DNA of 64,000 nucleotides from NCBI RefSeq assembly GCF_018350175.1, contig NC_058368.1, forward strand, positions 198,278,001-198,342,000. Reading direction: 5' to 3'. The notes beneath the pieces were generated by a model, which saw only the letters and a list, made by a program, of their open reading frames with translations, made no database searches and had not been told where the DNA came from. This document shows positions 22,598-35,090 of the stretch, piece after piece (position 1 is the stretch's first letter; every line of letters begins with the position of its first letter). The translations under genes and the position numbers were made by a program. Origin of the DNA: Felis catus. Lineage: Eukaryota.

Positions 22598-23056
22598 TGC
22601 ATTAGTGTCTCAGGACTGTCAGAAGAAAAATTCACAAGCTGAGTGGCTCAAACAACAGAAACTTTTTGTCCCATAGCACTGGAGGCTGGAAATCTGAGAG
22701 CAAGGTGTTGGCAGAGTTGGTTCCTTCTGAGGGCTGTGAGGGAGAGATCTGTTCCATGCTTCCCCCTCTAGCTTCTAGAGGCTTGTTGTCATTCTTTGGC
22801 GTTGCTTGGCTTCCACTGTATCCTGTTAATCTCCACTTTCATGTTCACATGGCATTCTCCCTGTGTATGTATCTGTGTCCAAGTGTCCTCTTTTCACAAA
22901 GGCAACAGTCATATTGGACTGGGAGTCATCCTAATGACTTCATTTTAACTTGATTACCCTGTAAAGACCTTATTTCCAAATGAGGTCACATTCTGAGGTA
23001 CGAGGGCTGAGGACTCAAACATATCTTTTTAGGGGGAAACAATTCAACCTATAACA
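22598..23056 (-). mobile_element. MLT1C solo LTR
   Basis: tgcattagt...aaacaacagaaa...caaggtgttggcagagttggttccttctgagggctgtgagggaga...gtcacattctgaggtac...caattcaacctataaca; flanks gaaac/gagac. Confidence 0.9.
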
Positions 23057-24014
23057 GAGACCATACTTTCTTTAGTTATAAATGTAATGTATGTTCACCA
23101 AAAAAATGAACAAAAATAAAATTTAAATCATACTGGTATGTCTAGAGATTTCAATACTAGGTTAAAAGAAGGAACGAGAAGAGAAGATGGGACAGTAGCT
23201 GGAAGGGGGCAGGTGTGTTGAAAGTCTTTGTTTAGTGCAGAGTGGAAAAGACTTGAACATGGGGCGTACAGTGGGAAGGAGCCATAGGTAGGGAGAACTT
23301 GAAGACCAACGACACAAGGTGTGGTGTCGTGTGGTGTGGTATGTTGTGGGGTAAATATTATATCAGTGGATGGGAATCTTGGCTGAACAAAAAGAGAAAT
23401 CTAGACCTATTGCTTGGCACTGGCTGCCCCAGAAGGATAATTACATGAACGTATTTGTGTGGAGAACGCAGTTGCCAGGAGGAGTTGCATGCAGGGATGC
23501 CCGGAGAGTGTGGAGAAGAGTAGGAGAGAGAACAGCAAAAAGCAGAGTGCAGGAGCCTCTGGCTCCTCCTCAGCCTGACCCCATGGAGAGAGGTGCTAGA
23601 ACGATACACCATACAGGCTGGCGTTGAAAGACTCTGTCATACTTTGTAAATTTCAGGCGTCACCAATGCAACATCCAGGTGTAGGCGATGCACAGTTGGG
23701 AAGAGGAGAATGCCCCCTGTTTCTCTGTGGAAACCAACACAGCTTGGTCACTGCGAGGACTGAGAGATCAGCCCCTCTCCAGCGTTGCAAATCAGAGACA
23801 TGTAGATCCAAGATACTCCGTGACTCCAGAAACCTGACTGCTCCTGAGCCAGGGTCCTCTGAGACAGGATGAGATTAATAGCTCACAGGCTTTGAGGGAA
23901 GCAGGCTTAAGGATGAGCCACTGCAGACACCCAGAACTTGTGACCCATCCTGGGAAATCATGGCAATAACTATACAAGACCCAGTGTGGGGGGAATGGAG
24001 ACATCCCCCCGATA

Positions 24015-24631
24015 CACACACCCACTTCAGTCGCCAGTCATATGTCCAGATTGTTACCTGTGCTTCTGACCAATTGGCTATAGATCAGAGATTCCCATTG
24101 ACCCCCACCCCCCTTGGGCTGGATTAATTTGCTAGAGTGGCTCACAGAACTCAGGGAAACATTTTACTTTCTAGGTCACTAGTTTATTATAAAAGGATAT
24201 AACTCAGGAAGAGCTAGATGGAAGAGAGGCATAGAGCCAGGTATGGGGAAGGGGGAAGGGGTGTGAAGTTTCCATGTCCTCACCAGGCACCACTCTCTCC
24301 ACACCTACTTATGTTCACCAACCTGGAAACTCTCTGAACCCATCCTTTTGGGGTTTTATGGAGGCTTTGTTACATAGACATGGTTGATTAAATCTTTGCT
24401 CTTTGGGGGAGTTGATTCAACCTCTATCTCCTCTCTCCTCCCCAGAGGTCTAGGGGATGGGACTGAAAGTTCCAGCATCTAATCATGTGGTTAGCTCTCC
24501 TGACAACCAGCCCCCATCCTTAGAAGAATCCAGGAGTGGGTTCATTAACATAACAAAAGACAACTTTGAACTCTTAATACTTAGGAAACTCCCAAGTATT
24601 TGAGGAGTTCTGTGCCAGAAATAGGGACAAA

Positions 24632-24679
<48 letters not shown>

Positions 24680-24772
24680 TATTATATAAGACCAAATATA
24701 TATATATGTATCTTATTATAATAAGATATTAAGATATAATGAAAATAAGATATTATAAATCACAATGTTATT
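24015..24772 (-). mobile_element. MER21-type LTR
   Basis: gattaatttgctagagtggctcacagaactcagggaaac, gttcaccaacctggaa, ttttatggaggctt, gggactgaaagttcca. Confidence 0.85.
24634..24677. repeat. (AT)n microsatellite inside MER21
   Basis: Uninterrupted AT array. Confidence 0.95.
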
Positions 24773-24779
24773 ATAAGCC

Positions 24780-25263
24780 AATGAATAAATAAACTGATTC
24801 ATTCATATAATGAAATACTATAGGTTAAAATGAACAAACCAGATATACATATATCAACACGAAAAAATGTCAAAGCCTGTTGATAAGAGCAGAAAGTTAC
24901 AAAAAGAAATGTACCATATGGTTTTTAATGTTTATATAAATAGTTAATGCATACAAAATAATGGTACATATCATTCATGGATATATCTCTATAATAAAAG
25001 TTTAAACGTGTACATGGGAAGAAACATCCTAACTTCAGAGTCATGGTTTACCTCCAGGGAGAAAGGTAAGGATGGGATAAGGGTGCTCTATCTGTACTTA
25101 GTGTTTTCCTTCTTAAAAAGAGAAAATTGATTCTGAAACAAATAAAGCAAAATATTCACATCTGTTAATATGGGGTTGGTACATGAGTATCTGTTAATGT
25201 TTTCTGCGTTAGGCTGTATATTCGAAATGTCATCATTTAACATTTAAAATTAAAAAAAAAAAA
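24780..25263 (+). mobile_element. L1ME-type 3' end
   Basis: ataatgaaatactat..aaaatgaacaaacca..atcaaca; ends in an A-run. Confidence 0.65.
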
Positions 25264-25910
25264 GAAGGCAATATCACTGTTCTTGAGCACCGGAAAAGAT
25301 TTTCATTTAATAACATTGGTTTAAGTTTATTCTAACTTAATTTTATTAATTTTACATTACTAATTTTATGGTAACAGAGTATATCGTGTATCTCCTTTCA
25401 TGTGTATCTCTAATTAAAACTCTTCTCAACACATTCCGCTAAAATTCTTTTTCATAAACCTTCTTTAACTAAAGACTTTGTATTCTTATTAAGTGTGCTC
25501 ACTGGGCTTCTACTTTTCTAAATTACAGCTTACCGTGGCTGACAAAGACAACTGACCCTGTTTCCTTGTTCCAGTAACTGCAGCCAGGCCAGCCCACGGT
25601 GAGCCCCCTAGGGAATCAGTCAAATGTCTGAGCTGTTGCAGGAAGCTTGCCTGCAGACAGCGCACAGGCCGCAGGCCATCAAGCAGGGCCCTGGTCTTTC
25701 TATCTTTTCTGAAGAAGGAAGTGAGGCTGGGAACAGCCCCAACAATGCTTCCAGCATTCCTGATTCTATCTCCAGTTTTGAAAGGACTTCTTGTTTGCCT
25801 TAAAAGTGGAGGTAAAAGGCGATGGTTTATAGGAATGGTCTGCAGTTGACAGGCGATGAGCTCCCTTGTCCACTTGGCTAAGTCTGTTTCTAGCATCTCT
25901 ATAGTAGTGT

Positions 25911-26030
25911 TAATATATATATATAATATATATAATATATATAATATATATATAAATATATAAATATATTATATATATTATATATATTATATATAATAAT
26001 ATATATATAATATATATATAATATAATAAT
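25911..26030. repeat. 120-bp pure A/T low-complexity repeat
   Basis: No G or C between 25911 and 26030; TA/TAA/TTA units. Confidence 0.95.
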
Positions 26031-26046
26031 ATAGTAGTTAGTATTA

Positions 26047-26494
26047 TGTGCTACCTTGCCATGGAAAACTGGGAGGGCCTCAAATGGCCTAACTGCATCT
26101 TCCTACCCACTCTGCTCGCTCGGATAAGGTCCCCTAGCCAAACAACCCTCATTATCAGGGGGACGAGGCCCAGTGCCTACTTATCCCTACCAGGCTCCAG
26201 TTCCCTGCCAGCTACAAAATTAGGCAAACAAAACAAGCACATCTGCCTGTAGAAACCAGGAATCCTTCCCACCTCTTGTTACCATAAAGCCTAACCCCGT
26301 AGCCCCTGATTGGTCACTCTGGCCCAAGGACAACTCCTGCCCAGCTGTGGTTGCACAGCATCTTCTTTCCCTAGACAATAGGCTGCCATCAGTCTCTTCT
26401 GTCCAGTGGTGAGTGTCATGTTTGGCCATCCCCATAACCCTAGATTAGAATCTCTCCCTCACTAACAAGCTGAAAAGGAAGCAATCAAAATACT
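26047..26494 (+). mobile_element. ERVL-class solo LTR (MER54/73/74 group)
   Basis: gggagggcctcaaatggcctaac..ggataaggtcccctagccaaacaaccctc..gtgtcatgtttggccatcccc..atcaaaa; family from memory. Confidence 0.55.
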
Positions 26495-29400
26495 ACAATT
26501 TTCCATTTTTTCTTCTTTAGAACAATCATTACGCAACTGCATCAGATAACTCTCATGTCTTTTATTTCCAGCTAGTTTTTCTGGTCAGGAGGTTGGAAGT
26601 GGGAAGAAAATGCGTACAAAATGTGTTTCATGATCTCTTTCTAGTTGAAAGTTGAGAGATTTCTGCTCTGATGGGAAAGGGAGGCGAGAGGGTGGCTTCA
26701 CGAAAGATTGAAAACCTCTGCCCAAAGGGTGCTTGAAGATCATTCACCTAGAAAGTTCACAAACTGAATAATGATCACCAAAAAAAGTTTTATCTCATGA
26801 TAAAGAATTACACTGCAGCAACCAATCCTTCTAACCAGCCTAATACAGAAATGATGAAGAATTGCCTCATCATGAACATTATCATGTCGTGACATCACAG
26901 CCATGATGCCAATGTGATTTTTCTGATTCTTTGGGACATATTTGGCCACAATGACCTCACTGAACATCCTACCAAGGCCAAACAGTATAGCAAATCATCC
27001 TTTAGCTATTACTTTTATGTGCTGTTGTTGTTGTTGTTTTTATATGGGCAATCAATTGGGTTGGAATGTTTATGTTGTTTGGATGTTTCTGGTGTCAATA
27101 ATCCTTGATACATATTTCTTTTGAGTTCTTTTAGAAATTTATTTTGTGGCCTTGGGATATTGCAGTCTATGCTTCCAAAGTGCATTCATATTTATTTAAT
27201 TTACTCTTACATCATAGTTGAGTCTGGACTGATCATTTATTCATCCCAAATGAATGAAGTGATGAAACCTAGAGAAGTCAAGTCCCAAGGTTACTTCGTC
27301 AGATATATAGATTTTTTACTCAAAAAGGCTTTCTGAGTCTTAAATACAATGTTCTTTCTACTACTCAGATTCTTTTAAAGTTTACTTCTTTATATTTCAG
27401 TTCCTCATAAGTTAATTAAACTAGCAAATATCTGAGAAAAATGGAATGTCGGTGCTTAAAGTGACTTTAGAGATTATCTCAAGTGTCAACACATCCAAAC
27501 TAAGGAAGACATCAGGTTCTTGGGATAGTGACTGTGATTGAAGAATACTCATAAAAATATATCTGTTGATTTCAAATGTTCTACCTGGTTCACTCATATA
27601 TGATTAATAATATTCTGAAACTATACTTGTATAAGTGTACGAAGTATAAGTACTTTGGTATAAGTTGTACCGAATATGCTTAAAATACTTCCCAAACTGG
27701 AACTCTAATTTACAAGGTATTAATTAAACCGAAAAGCCATCATGGTTAAGAAAGTTAGTAGACTTTGCATTAAAGATAGAAAACTTAAAATATGGTGCAG
27801 TTTTAGAAGCTTCTTAGTCTAATCCAGCTTCATCCCTGTCCATGTAATGCTGGAGACAATATCTCCAGAACATTTTCCTATCTGGGACTCTTTCCCACAC
27901 ATCCTTCTTGGGGTACAAAGAGACACCAGCTGTCCGTAGGTATCCTCCCAAGACTCGAATGATGATACTTAACCACACTGCAGAGAACTTCCATTCACAG
28001 CTCTTAGAAAGTTATAATACCGGGTGCTCATTTAGACTTGTTGATGGCCCTCAGCTCCTCATTAGGACAGGCCTAGAGGATGAGAAAGAAAGCTAACTTT
28101 TTTTTTTCTTTTGGTGTTTTACATTCTCTGGTCAGTATACTAAAGTCGAGTGTTCTGCTTTGCAATTCCATACTATCGCTTGGCACCATGACTTTTGTAT
28201 TGAAGTGATTACAACGTATTCTACAAGGACCTGTATTGCTGATTAATACACACTAACAGCAACCAGATTTATCCTCCTACCAGAAACAACTGAAAAAATC
28301 TGAACAAATGTGTGAACTAATAATGCTCAAGACATTGGTTGTCAGGCCATGAAGGATCACTGAGAGATGGGAAACAAATGAGATGAACTTGATGACTGCC
28401 CAGAAATTATTCTACCACGTGAGGAAACTGTCCATCAGCACAGGGATAAAGAACCCAGGTAGAGTCCATCTGTTTGGCCAGGTTGATGAGATAGAGCTCA
28501 GAATCCAGGGAAACAGAAATGGCTAGAGTTTACAAGGCAGAGTACCCACAAAAAGAGAGCTGTACAAAGTCATAATTCTAGAGAGCCGAAGAGGGTCCCC
28601 CTTGAGTATTCAGCTGAGTATCAACCAGTGTGTGCATGTGAGGAAACTACCCAAGACCAGGGAAAGAGTTAGAGGGAATAGTCTTCAGACTTCACACAGG
28701 CCTGAGAAAAGTGCCTGTTCCCTAAAGCCCTAGTGGAAAAACTCATAATTCAGGTAGAATTAGAGAACCCTGACGAACGTTCCTCAGTAGGGCAGAAAAA
28801 TTGACTTCAGGCTAATGGCACCTTCAGTCCAGCCCAATAGAACCTAAAAGCAGTACCTGAAGGATCAAATTGTTTCCAAGTAATTTAACTGCATCTAGAA
28901 TAAAGCTCAATAATATTTACAGGAATCAAAAATATCCATCAGCCAATGTGGTAAAATTCACAACATCTGACACTCATCAGAAGTTATCAGATATACAAAG
29001 GAACAGTAAAATATGACCCATAATGAGAAGAACAATCAATCAACCAAAACGCTCAGAAATCACACAGGTGATAGGATTAATGGGCAGGGACAGTCAGTCA
29101 TTATGATGGTATTCCATATGTTTAAGAAACTGGAAGAAAGAGTAAACGTGTTGAGTAGAGTCACAGAAGATATAAAAAGAAAACCCAAATTGAAATTCTA
29201 CAGATGAAAATCACCATGGCCTAGACAACAAGTCCACTGAATGGGGTTACTAGCAGAATTAACATTGCAGAACACATTGAGGTTAATGGACTCGAAGATA
29301 CAGGAGAGGGAGAGAGAGAGAGAAGAGAGGAAAGATAACTGAACAAAATAAACAGAATTATTGAACTGTGGGACAAAATCAAACAACTAAATACATGGGT

Positions 29401-29745
29401 AAATACCTCAAATGAGTGGTGGTGAGGCTAAAAACGATTTGAAGAAATAATAGTCAATAATTTTCCATATTTGATAAAAACTATAAACACATATATCCAG
29501 ACCTCTCAACAGACCTCAAACAGCAGCAATCTATACCTAGGCACAACATAATCAAAGCACTTAAATCCACTAACAGAGAGAAAATCATAAAAGCAGCTAG
29601 AGAAAAAGAGGAACAAAGATAAGGTTACTATCAGATTTCTCTGTGGAAACATTGTAAGCTATAAGATAGTGGGGCAACATCTTTAGAGTACTGGAGAAAA
29701 AAAATACTATCAACCTACAGTTTTTTTTCATCTAGTGAAAATATC

Positions 29746-29954
29746 TTTTTTTTAAAGACAGAGAGAGAGAGAGAGCATGAGAGTGGGGAAGGGGCAAAGG
29801 GAGAGGGAGAGAGAGAATCTTAAGCAGGGTCTACACCCAGCTAAGAGCCCATCTCAGGGTTCATCTTGGGGTTTGATCTCATGACCATGAGATCATGACC
29901 TCCGCCAATATCAAAAGTCAGACGCTTAACTGACTGAGCCACCCAGATGGCTCC
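29746..29954 (-). mobile_element. CAN-SINE (older subfamily) inside L1
   Basis: T tail, GA tract, gagatcatgacct, gacgcttaactgactgagccaccca. Confidence 0.9.
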
Positions 29955-29989
29955 AGGGAAAAATATTTTTCAAAAATTAAGGCAAAATT

Positions 29990-30185
29990 GGGGCTCCTGG
30001 GTGGCTCAGTCAGTTAAGCGTCTGACTCTTGATTTCGGCGCAGGTCATGATCTCATGGTCGTGAGATCAAGCCCCATATTGGGCTCCGCAGTGGCATGGA
30101 GCCTGCTTGAGATTCTCTCTCTCCATTTCCCTCTGCCTTTTCCCCACTCTCTCTCCCTTTCTCTAAAAAAAATTAAATTTAATTT
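29990..30185 (+). mobile_element. CAN-SINE (older subfamily) inside L1
   Basis: ggggctcctgggtggctcagtcagttaagc head; TSD aaaatt(g)aaggcaaaat. Confidence 0.93.
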
Positions 30186-31928
30186 AAAATTGAAGGCAAA
30201 ATAAAGACTTTTAGAAACATAAAAGCTGAGAGAATTTATCACCAGCAGATCTATAAGAAATTTGAAATGAAGTCCTTATGACACCAGATAAAAGAATAGA
30301 TCTACATAAAGGAATAAAGAGCACCAGGAATTATCATTACATAGGTAAATATAAAATTTTTTTTCTTATTATTTACATTTCTTTAAAGGATAATCCACTT
30401 TTGAAAGCAAAAATAAATACAATACATTGTTAACAATACATTGTTATTTTTGCTTTAAATAATAATGATGCATTGTGGGGTTTATAATATATATAGAAAT
30501 GAAATACATGACAATCATAGCACAAAGTCCAAGAGAGGAGAAATAGAAGTATAATTTTGTTGTATTCTTATTATAGTGAATTGAGTATATTTTCTCCTGA
30601 AGGGAGACTGTATGATAAAAGCTCCAAAGTGACTATAGCAGAGAATTATACCTAATAAGCCAACAAATAAGATAAAGTTAAATTATTAAAAGTCTTCAGT
30701 CCAAAATAGGTATAAAAGAAGAAAAAGTGAACAAAGAATAGATGAGGCAAAAAGAAAACAAATAACATGATGGTAGATTTTAACTCAACCAAATCAGTAT
30801 TTACATTAATTATAAATGATCTGAACACTTCACCTAAAAGACAGAGATTGCCACATTGAATTATAAAGCAAGATCCAACTACATGCTGCCCACAAAAACC
30901 CACTTTTAATATAAAAATATAAATTGGTTAAAAGTGAAAGGATTAAAAAATGTATACCAAGCTAACACAAGTCCATAGAAAGCCATAAAGAGTGACTATA
31001 TCAAAGTAGCAAAGAACGTTGCAAGTGATAAAGAGGGCTGATGACAAAGGAGTCGATTTACCAAGATGATGTAACTCTCCTAAATATTCATTGTGTCATA
31101 TAGTACAGCTCCAAAATTCATGTAGCTAATCTAGGCTACACAGGAAGAATCTTGGCAAGATATTTAGGAGACAAGTGAAAGTTCTAAGCGAATGATTGGT
31201 CAGATTTTCATGCCAAATGACTAGTCTCTGAGCCCCATATTAAACTCTAAGTGTATGGTTATTCCATAGTATCCTGTACACAGCTTTCTCGTCTTATTTT
31301 TTACATTGTACCCCAATTAATTGTTTAGAGCAATTCATGGATTTGTTTCTGCCACCAGGTGGTGATCTCTTTAAGGTAGAGACTCATGTCTTACTTAATT
31401 TTTTATTTCTTGAATATGGCAGAGTGTCAGACACCTACAGCTAAATAAATACTTGCAATGTCAGACCATAATAACATCCACTTATTCAGGTAAGTCTTTG
31501 CAACTATAACAATTTGCTTAAGACTCAAAGCAATTCTCCACCATAGATAGGGTATATATTCTCATATTTCAGATGAGGATGATGAGCTAGAATCAGTAAT
31601 TGTCCAAATTTTATTTAAATATTGAGCTGTTAAGTTAGTCATTCCGTTTTCTGCAATGAATTTTAATCATAATTGGGAGATGATTCAGTTTCAAAATATT
31701 AAGTTACCTGAGGAAGCAGATGGTGCTTCTTATATATAAAACTCTGTTCTTCCATTTTTAGGTGTGTGAAGTCTGAATATGTCTCTAGGTACATTTCTGG
31801 AAGTGTAGATTTTAGAGTCACAAATAGGGAGGCACTCATGGTATAAATTTTGGGTTCCGATGCTTATAGGTATTTTAAATTTTTTCTCACTATTCCACAT
31901 GACCATGTTTTTGAGTTTCATGTTGCTC

Positions 31929-32537
31929 TATGATAGGAACTGAATGTTTGTGTCCCCCTAAAATTCATACGTTGACGTGCTAGCTCTGATGTGATGGTAT
32001 TCAGAGATAGCAGCACCTTTAGGATGTAATCAGTGTCAGAGGTCACGAAGGCAGTCTCTGGTCTGATGGAATCAGTGCCCTTAAAAGAGGATACACCAAA
32101 GAACTCGCTCTCTCCCTCTTCACTATGCGAGGACACAGTGAAAAGGTGATTGTGTGCAAGACAGGAAGGGAGTTCTTGCCAGAACAGACCATGCTGCTCT
32201 CTTTTTTTTTTTTTTCCAACGTTTTTATTTATTTTTGGGACAGAGAGAGACAGAGCATGAACGGGGGAGGGGCAGAAAGAGAGGGAGACACAGAATCGGA
32301 AACAGGCTCCAGGCTCCGAGCCATCAGCCCAGAGCCTGACGCGGGGCCCGAACTCTCGGACTGCGAGATCGTGACCTGGCTGAAGTCGGACGCTTAACCG
32401 ACTGCGCCACCCAGGTGCCCCCATGCTGCTCTCTTGATAGCAGAATCTTAGCCTCTTTCACTGTGAGAAAATAAATTTCTATTGTTTAAGCACCCAATTT
32501 ATGCTATTTCGTTATAGCTGCCCAAGCTAACCAATAT
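31929..32537 (+). mobile_element. MLT1A-like solo LTR interrupted by a SINE
   Basis: actgaatgtttgtgtccccc..aaattcatacgttga; actgtgagaaaataaatttctattgtttaagc. Confidence 0.85.
32204..32421 (-). mobile_element. Young SINEC_Fc
   Basis: Near-consensus sequence; perfect 14-bp TSD catgctgctctctt (32190-32203 / 32422-32435). Confidence 0.97.
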
Positions 32538-34899
32538 GGTATAAATAATAGATGTGTAAGACCTATGAATTACGAATGATTATACACCTTTACTCCAGAA
32601 TATAATGATTAGAGTCGTATAATAGCATCTAAAAAATGTAATCCACCATATTGGGCTTCAGCACTATAAACAACATATAAATTCTTTCCTCCCAAATGGC
32701 CACGTATATTGTTCTCAAAGATTCCGTTCTAACAAATAATAGCTTATTTCTCTGCACCTGCTTACTAAAACGGGGCTTAATCATTGAGGTTCTCTTATGG
32801 CCAGGCACTAGGTAAACTATGTCCTTAATCTTTGATCCTATATTCCACATTAAAGCAGGAATAATACCAATGAGCCTTGTAAATTCCAACTTGTGACTGC
32901 AAGTTCTCTAGGTTTACTTAGACTCTCAACTTGCTGTCACCTGCCAGTCCCCACTGGAATTTGTGATGGTGATGAAAAAGACATGCCCTGGGAAGGCCGC
33001 TCTGGCCAAACAGTCCTGGCACTGGTGACAGTGGGCAGTATCTGTTGTGCTCATCTGAACTGTCATTCCCGAAGCCTCTTCAAGTAAAAGAGTGTTAAGT
33101 TGCTGGAGGAGAATGTCTCTTCATCGTCTTCACTCAGTAAGAGTCCTGGGCTTTTTTTGGGAAGCACTTTCCAGAAGAAAAGCAGAGAATTTTTTTGTCA
33201 GTATGATAATAGTCTCATGTCAGGTATATATGTCAAGCACAGGGGTTGTGAATATTTATTATTTTGGTTCTGAACAGAGAAAACTAGTAGTGGGAACACA
33301 GACTGGAGACAGGAAATAGGCTGACCCTAGAAACAGCTCTCCTCTTCTGCCGTACCCCTCGCCTCTCCCCAGGAAACCCCCCTGCTCACTTCCAGGACCC
33401 CCAGACCCATATGGTGACTGATCACCAATGACTCATAGTTCTTACCACCTTCCCTCTTCAAAACCAGTTCGTTTTGGGTCCCATCCCTTTAGAAAGTTGA
33501 TCTCTGTCTTCATGAGTACCCCACTGTCCTCATAGTAAACACATAAACGAGTGATTACAGAATGGAAGTCAGAGAGATATCTGAGACCACTGACATGTTT
33601 CGTTTCACACTTGTATTGTGACCAACCCTATTTATGCTTTTAAAATACCCTTCCATTTAATATCCTCTTCTCAGCTTGCTTTGGGCATCCACTGCAGGCT
33701 TCTATAACAAATGGGAATTGTAATTGCTGAAGCTAATCTCTGCTAACAGGTAAAATAATAAATAAGCTTCACTGAAATGTTTAAACTCTTGCTAAAGGTT
33801 CCTAAGAAGCAATGTTAATTGGGAAGTGCCCACGGAGTTATGCTAAGAAATTTCGGTGAGAGGGAGACTCTCAGACCTGACGCAGGAGCATAGAAGAAAT
33901 GGCTCTGGTCTGATAATGTTCCAGTTTATGCTCTTTCACAGACGGCCGGTTGAATATAGGTGGCTTTATTTGATCAGTTCTAGAATTCAATTAAGTGTCA
34001 CAGAATTATGATATAAGCTAGTAGCTGTGTTTTAAACTAATAAAGCCGTGAATTACTGCTTCGATTACACATACCAGGAGGGACTAATGGATGTTTTGTC
34101 TGGATAAAGCAGTATAAGAGGAAAAGTGAAAAGGTGGGGGTAGAATGAGGTCTGTCGTGGCTCAGTGCATAGTCTTTCATTCTACAAAAGGTTTTCAGAG
34201 TGTTTAAAGACAGAAATACATCTTTTATTTTTCCTTCCTCTTTCTCCTCCTCTTCTTCTTTTTAAAATTTGTCTGTGGTTTTGGACAACTTACATGCGTG
34301 AGAACTGTTACAAACTGTTACGTAGAAAAAGAAACCAAACCCAGACAGATTGGCTGATGTATAAATGAGTTTTCTGCTATATTTGCCTGCTCCCAGGTTG
34401 TTCCTGGCTGGGCAGACCTATGGAAGTCAGCGGGAAGAAAATCTCTTCACGTTCCTATTCCCATGTTCTCTTACAGACAAAGATCTTGGAAAGACAAGCC
34501 TTGGCAGGTGTCTGCTCCGCACATAAATGAGGCAGGTGACCCAGTTTGAAGTTTGCGGCAAATGCCTCCCAGCAATGCCCCCAGTATTGAGCTATCATCA
34601 AAATCAAAACAGACAAAACAAAAACACCTCTAACTCAGTATTTTTTTAATTAGGTTGATACTCTGATCATCCCAAAGCAGATGGCTTAAAGCAATAGGGA
34701 AGGAGTGGGATTATTTTATAGCATGATTTAAATGACTAATAAGCCAAGTCCTACATCATGGAAGTCTGCAGGGCATCACCATCCACTTGTTTGGGCTCTG
34801 ATCAATTAACATGCCACGATGGTCTTAAAAAGAAAAAAATCAAACCACAGCAGATGTTGGAAGTCAAAAGAAACAACATTTAGACATGAGGACTGACAG

Positions 34900-35090
34900 T
34901 GTGCATATGAGATGAAAATAGGTCCAAGAGGCTTTAGCTCAACTCTTGACTCCGTTTATGGATTGTTTCCTCCCTGTGGACCTTGACTAAGCCACTTAAC
35001 TTCTCCAAGTGTCAGTTTCTTCATGTATGAAAGGAAGATAATATTGTGACCACATCACTGGTCATTGTGAAGATTTCACAACATTATATA
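34900..35090 (+). mobile_element. MIR SINE
   Basis: gaccttgactaagccacttaacttctccaagtgtcagtttcttcatgtatgaaaggaagataata. Confidence 0.7.

Larger units (their letters stand above)
28255..31135 (+). mobile_element. Old L1 5' portion (5'UTR, ORF1, start of ORF2 endonuclease), decayed
   Basis: ORF1 motifs (ctaggcacaacataatcaaa, aaagcagctagagaaaa, aaagctgagagaatttatcaccagcaga); ~30795-30900 translates SVFTLIINDLNTSPKRQRLPH*IIKQDPTTCCPQ, the L1 EN N-terminus. Confidence 0.85.

Noticed and set aside
25575..25598. 24-nt plus-strand microexon (ttccAG...ACG|GTGAGC)
   Set aside because: Motifs are good, but there is no supporting plus-strand gene, and it overlaps the minus-strand candidate and inverted repeat.
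34349..34365. CCAAT + TATA promoter (ATTGG..TATAAA)
   Set aside because: The two motifs are only 6 bp apart, far from canonical spacing, with no downstream exon evidence.
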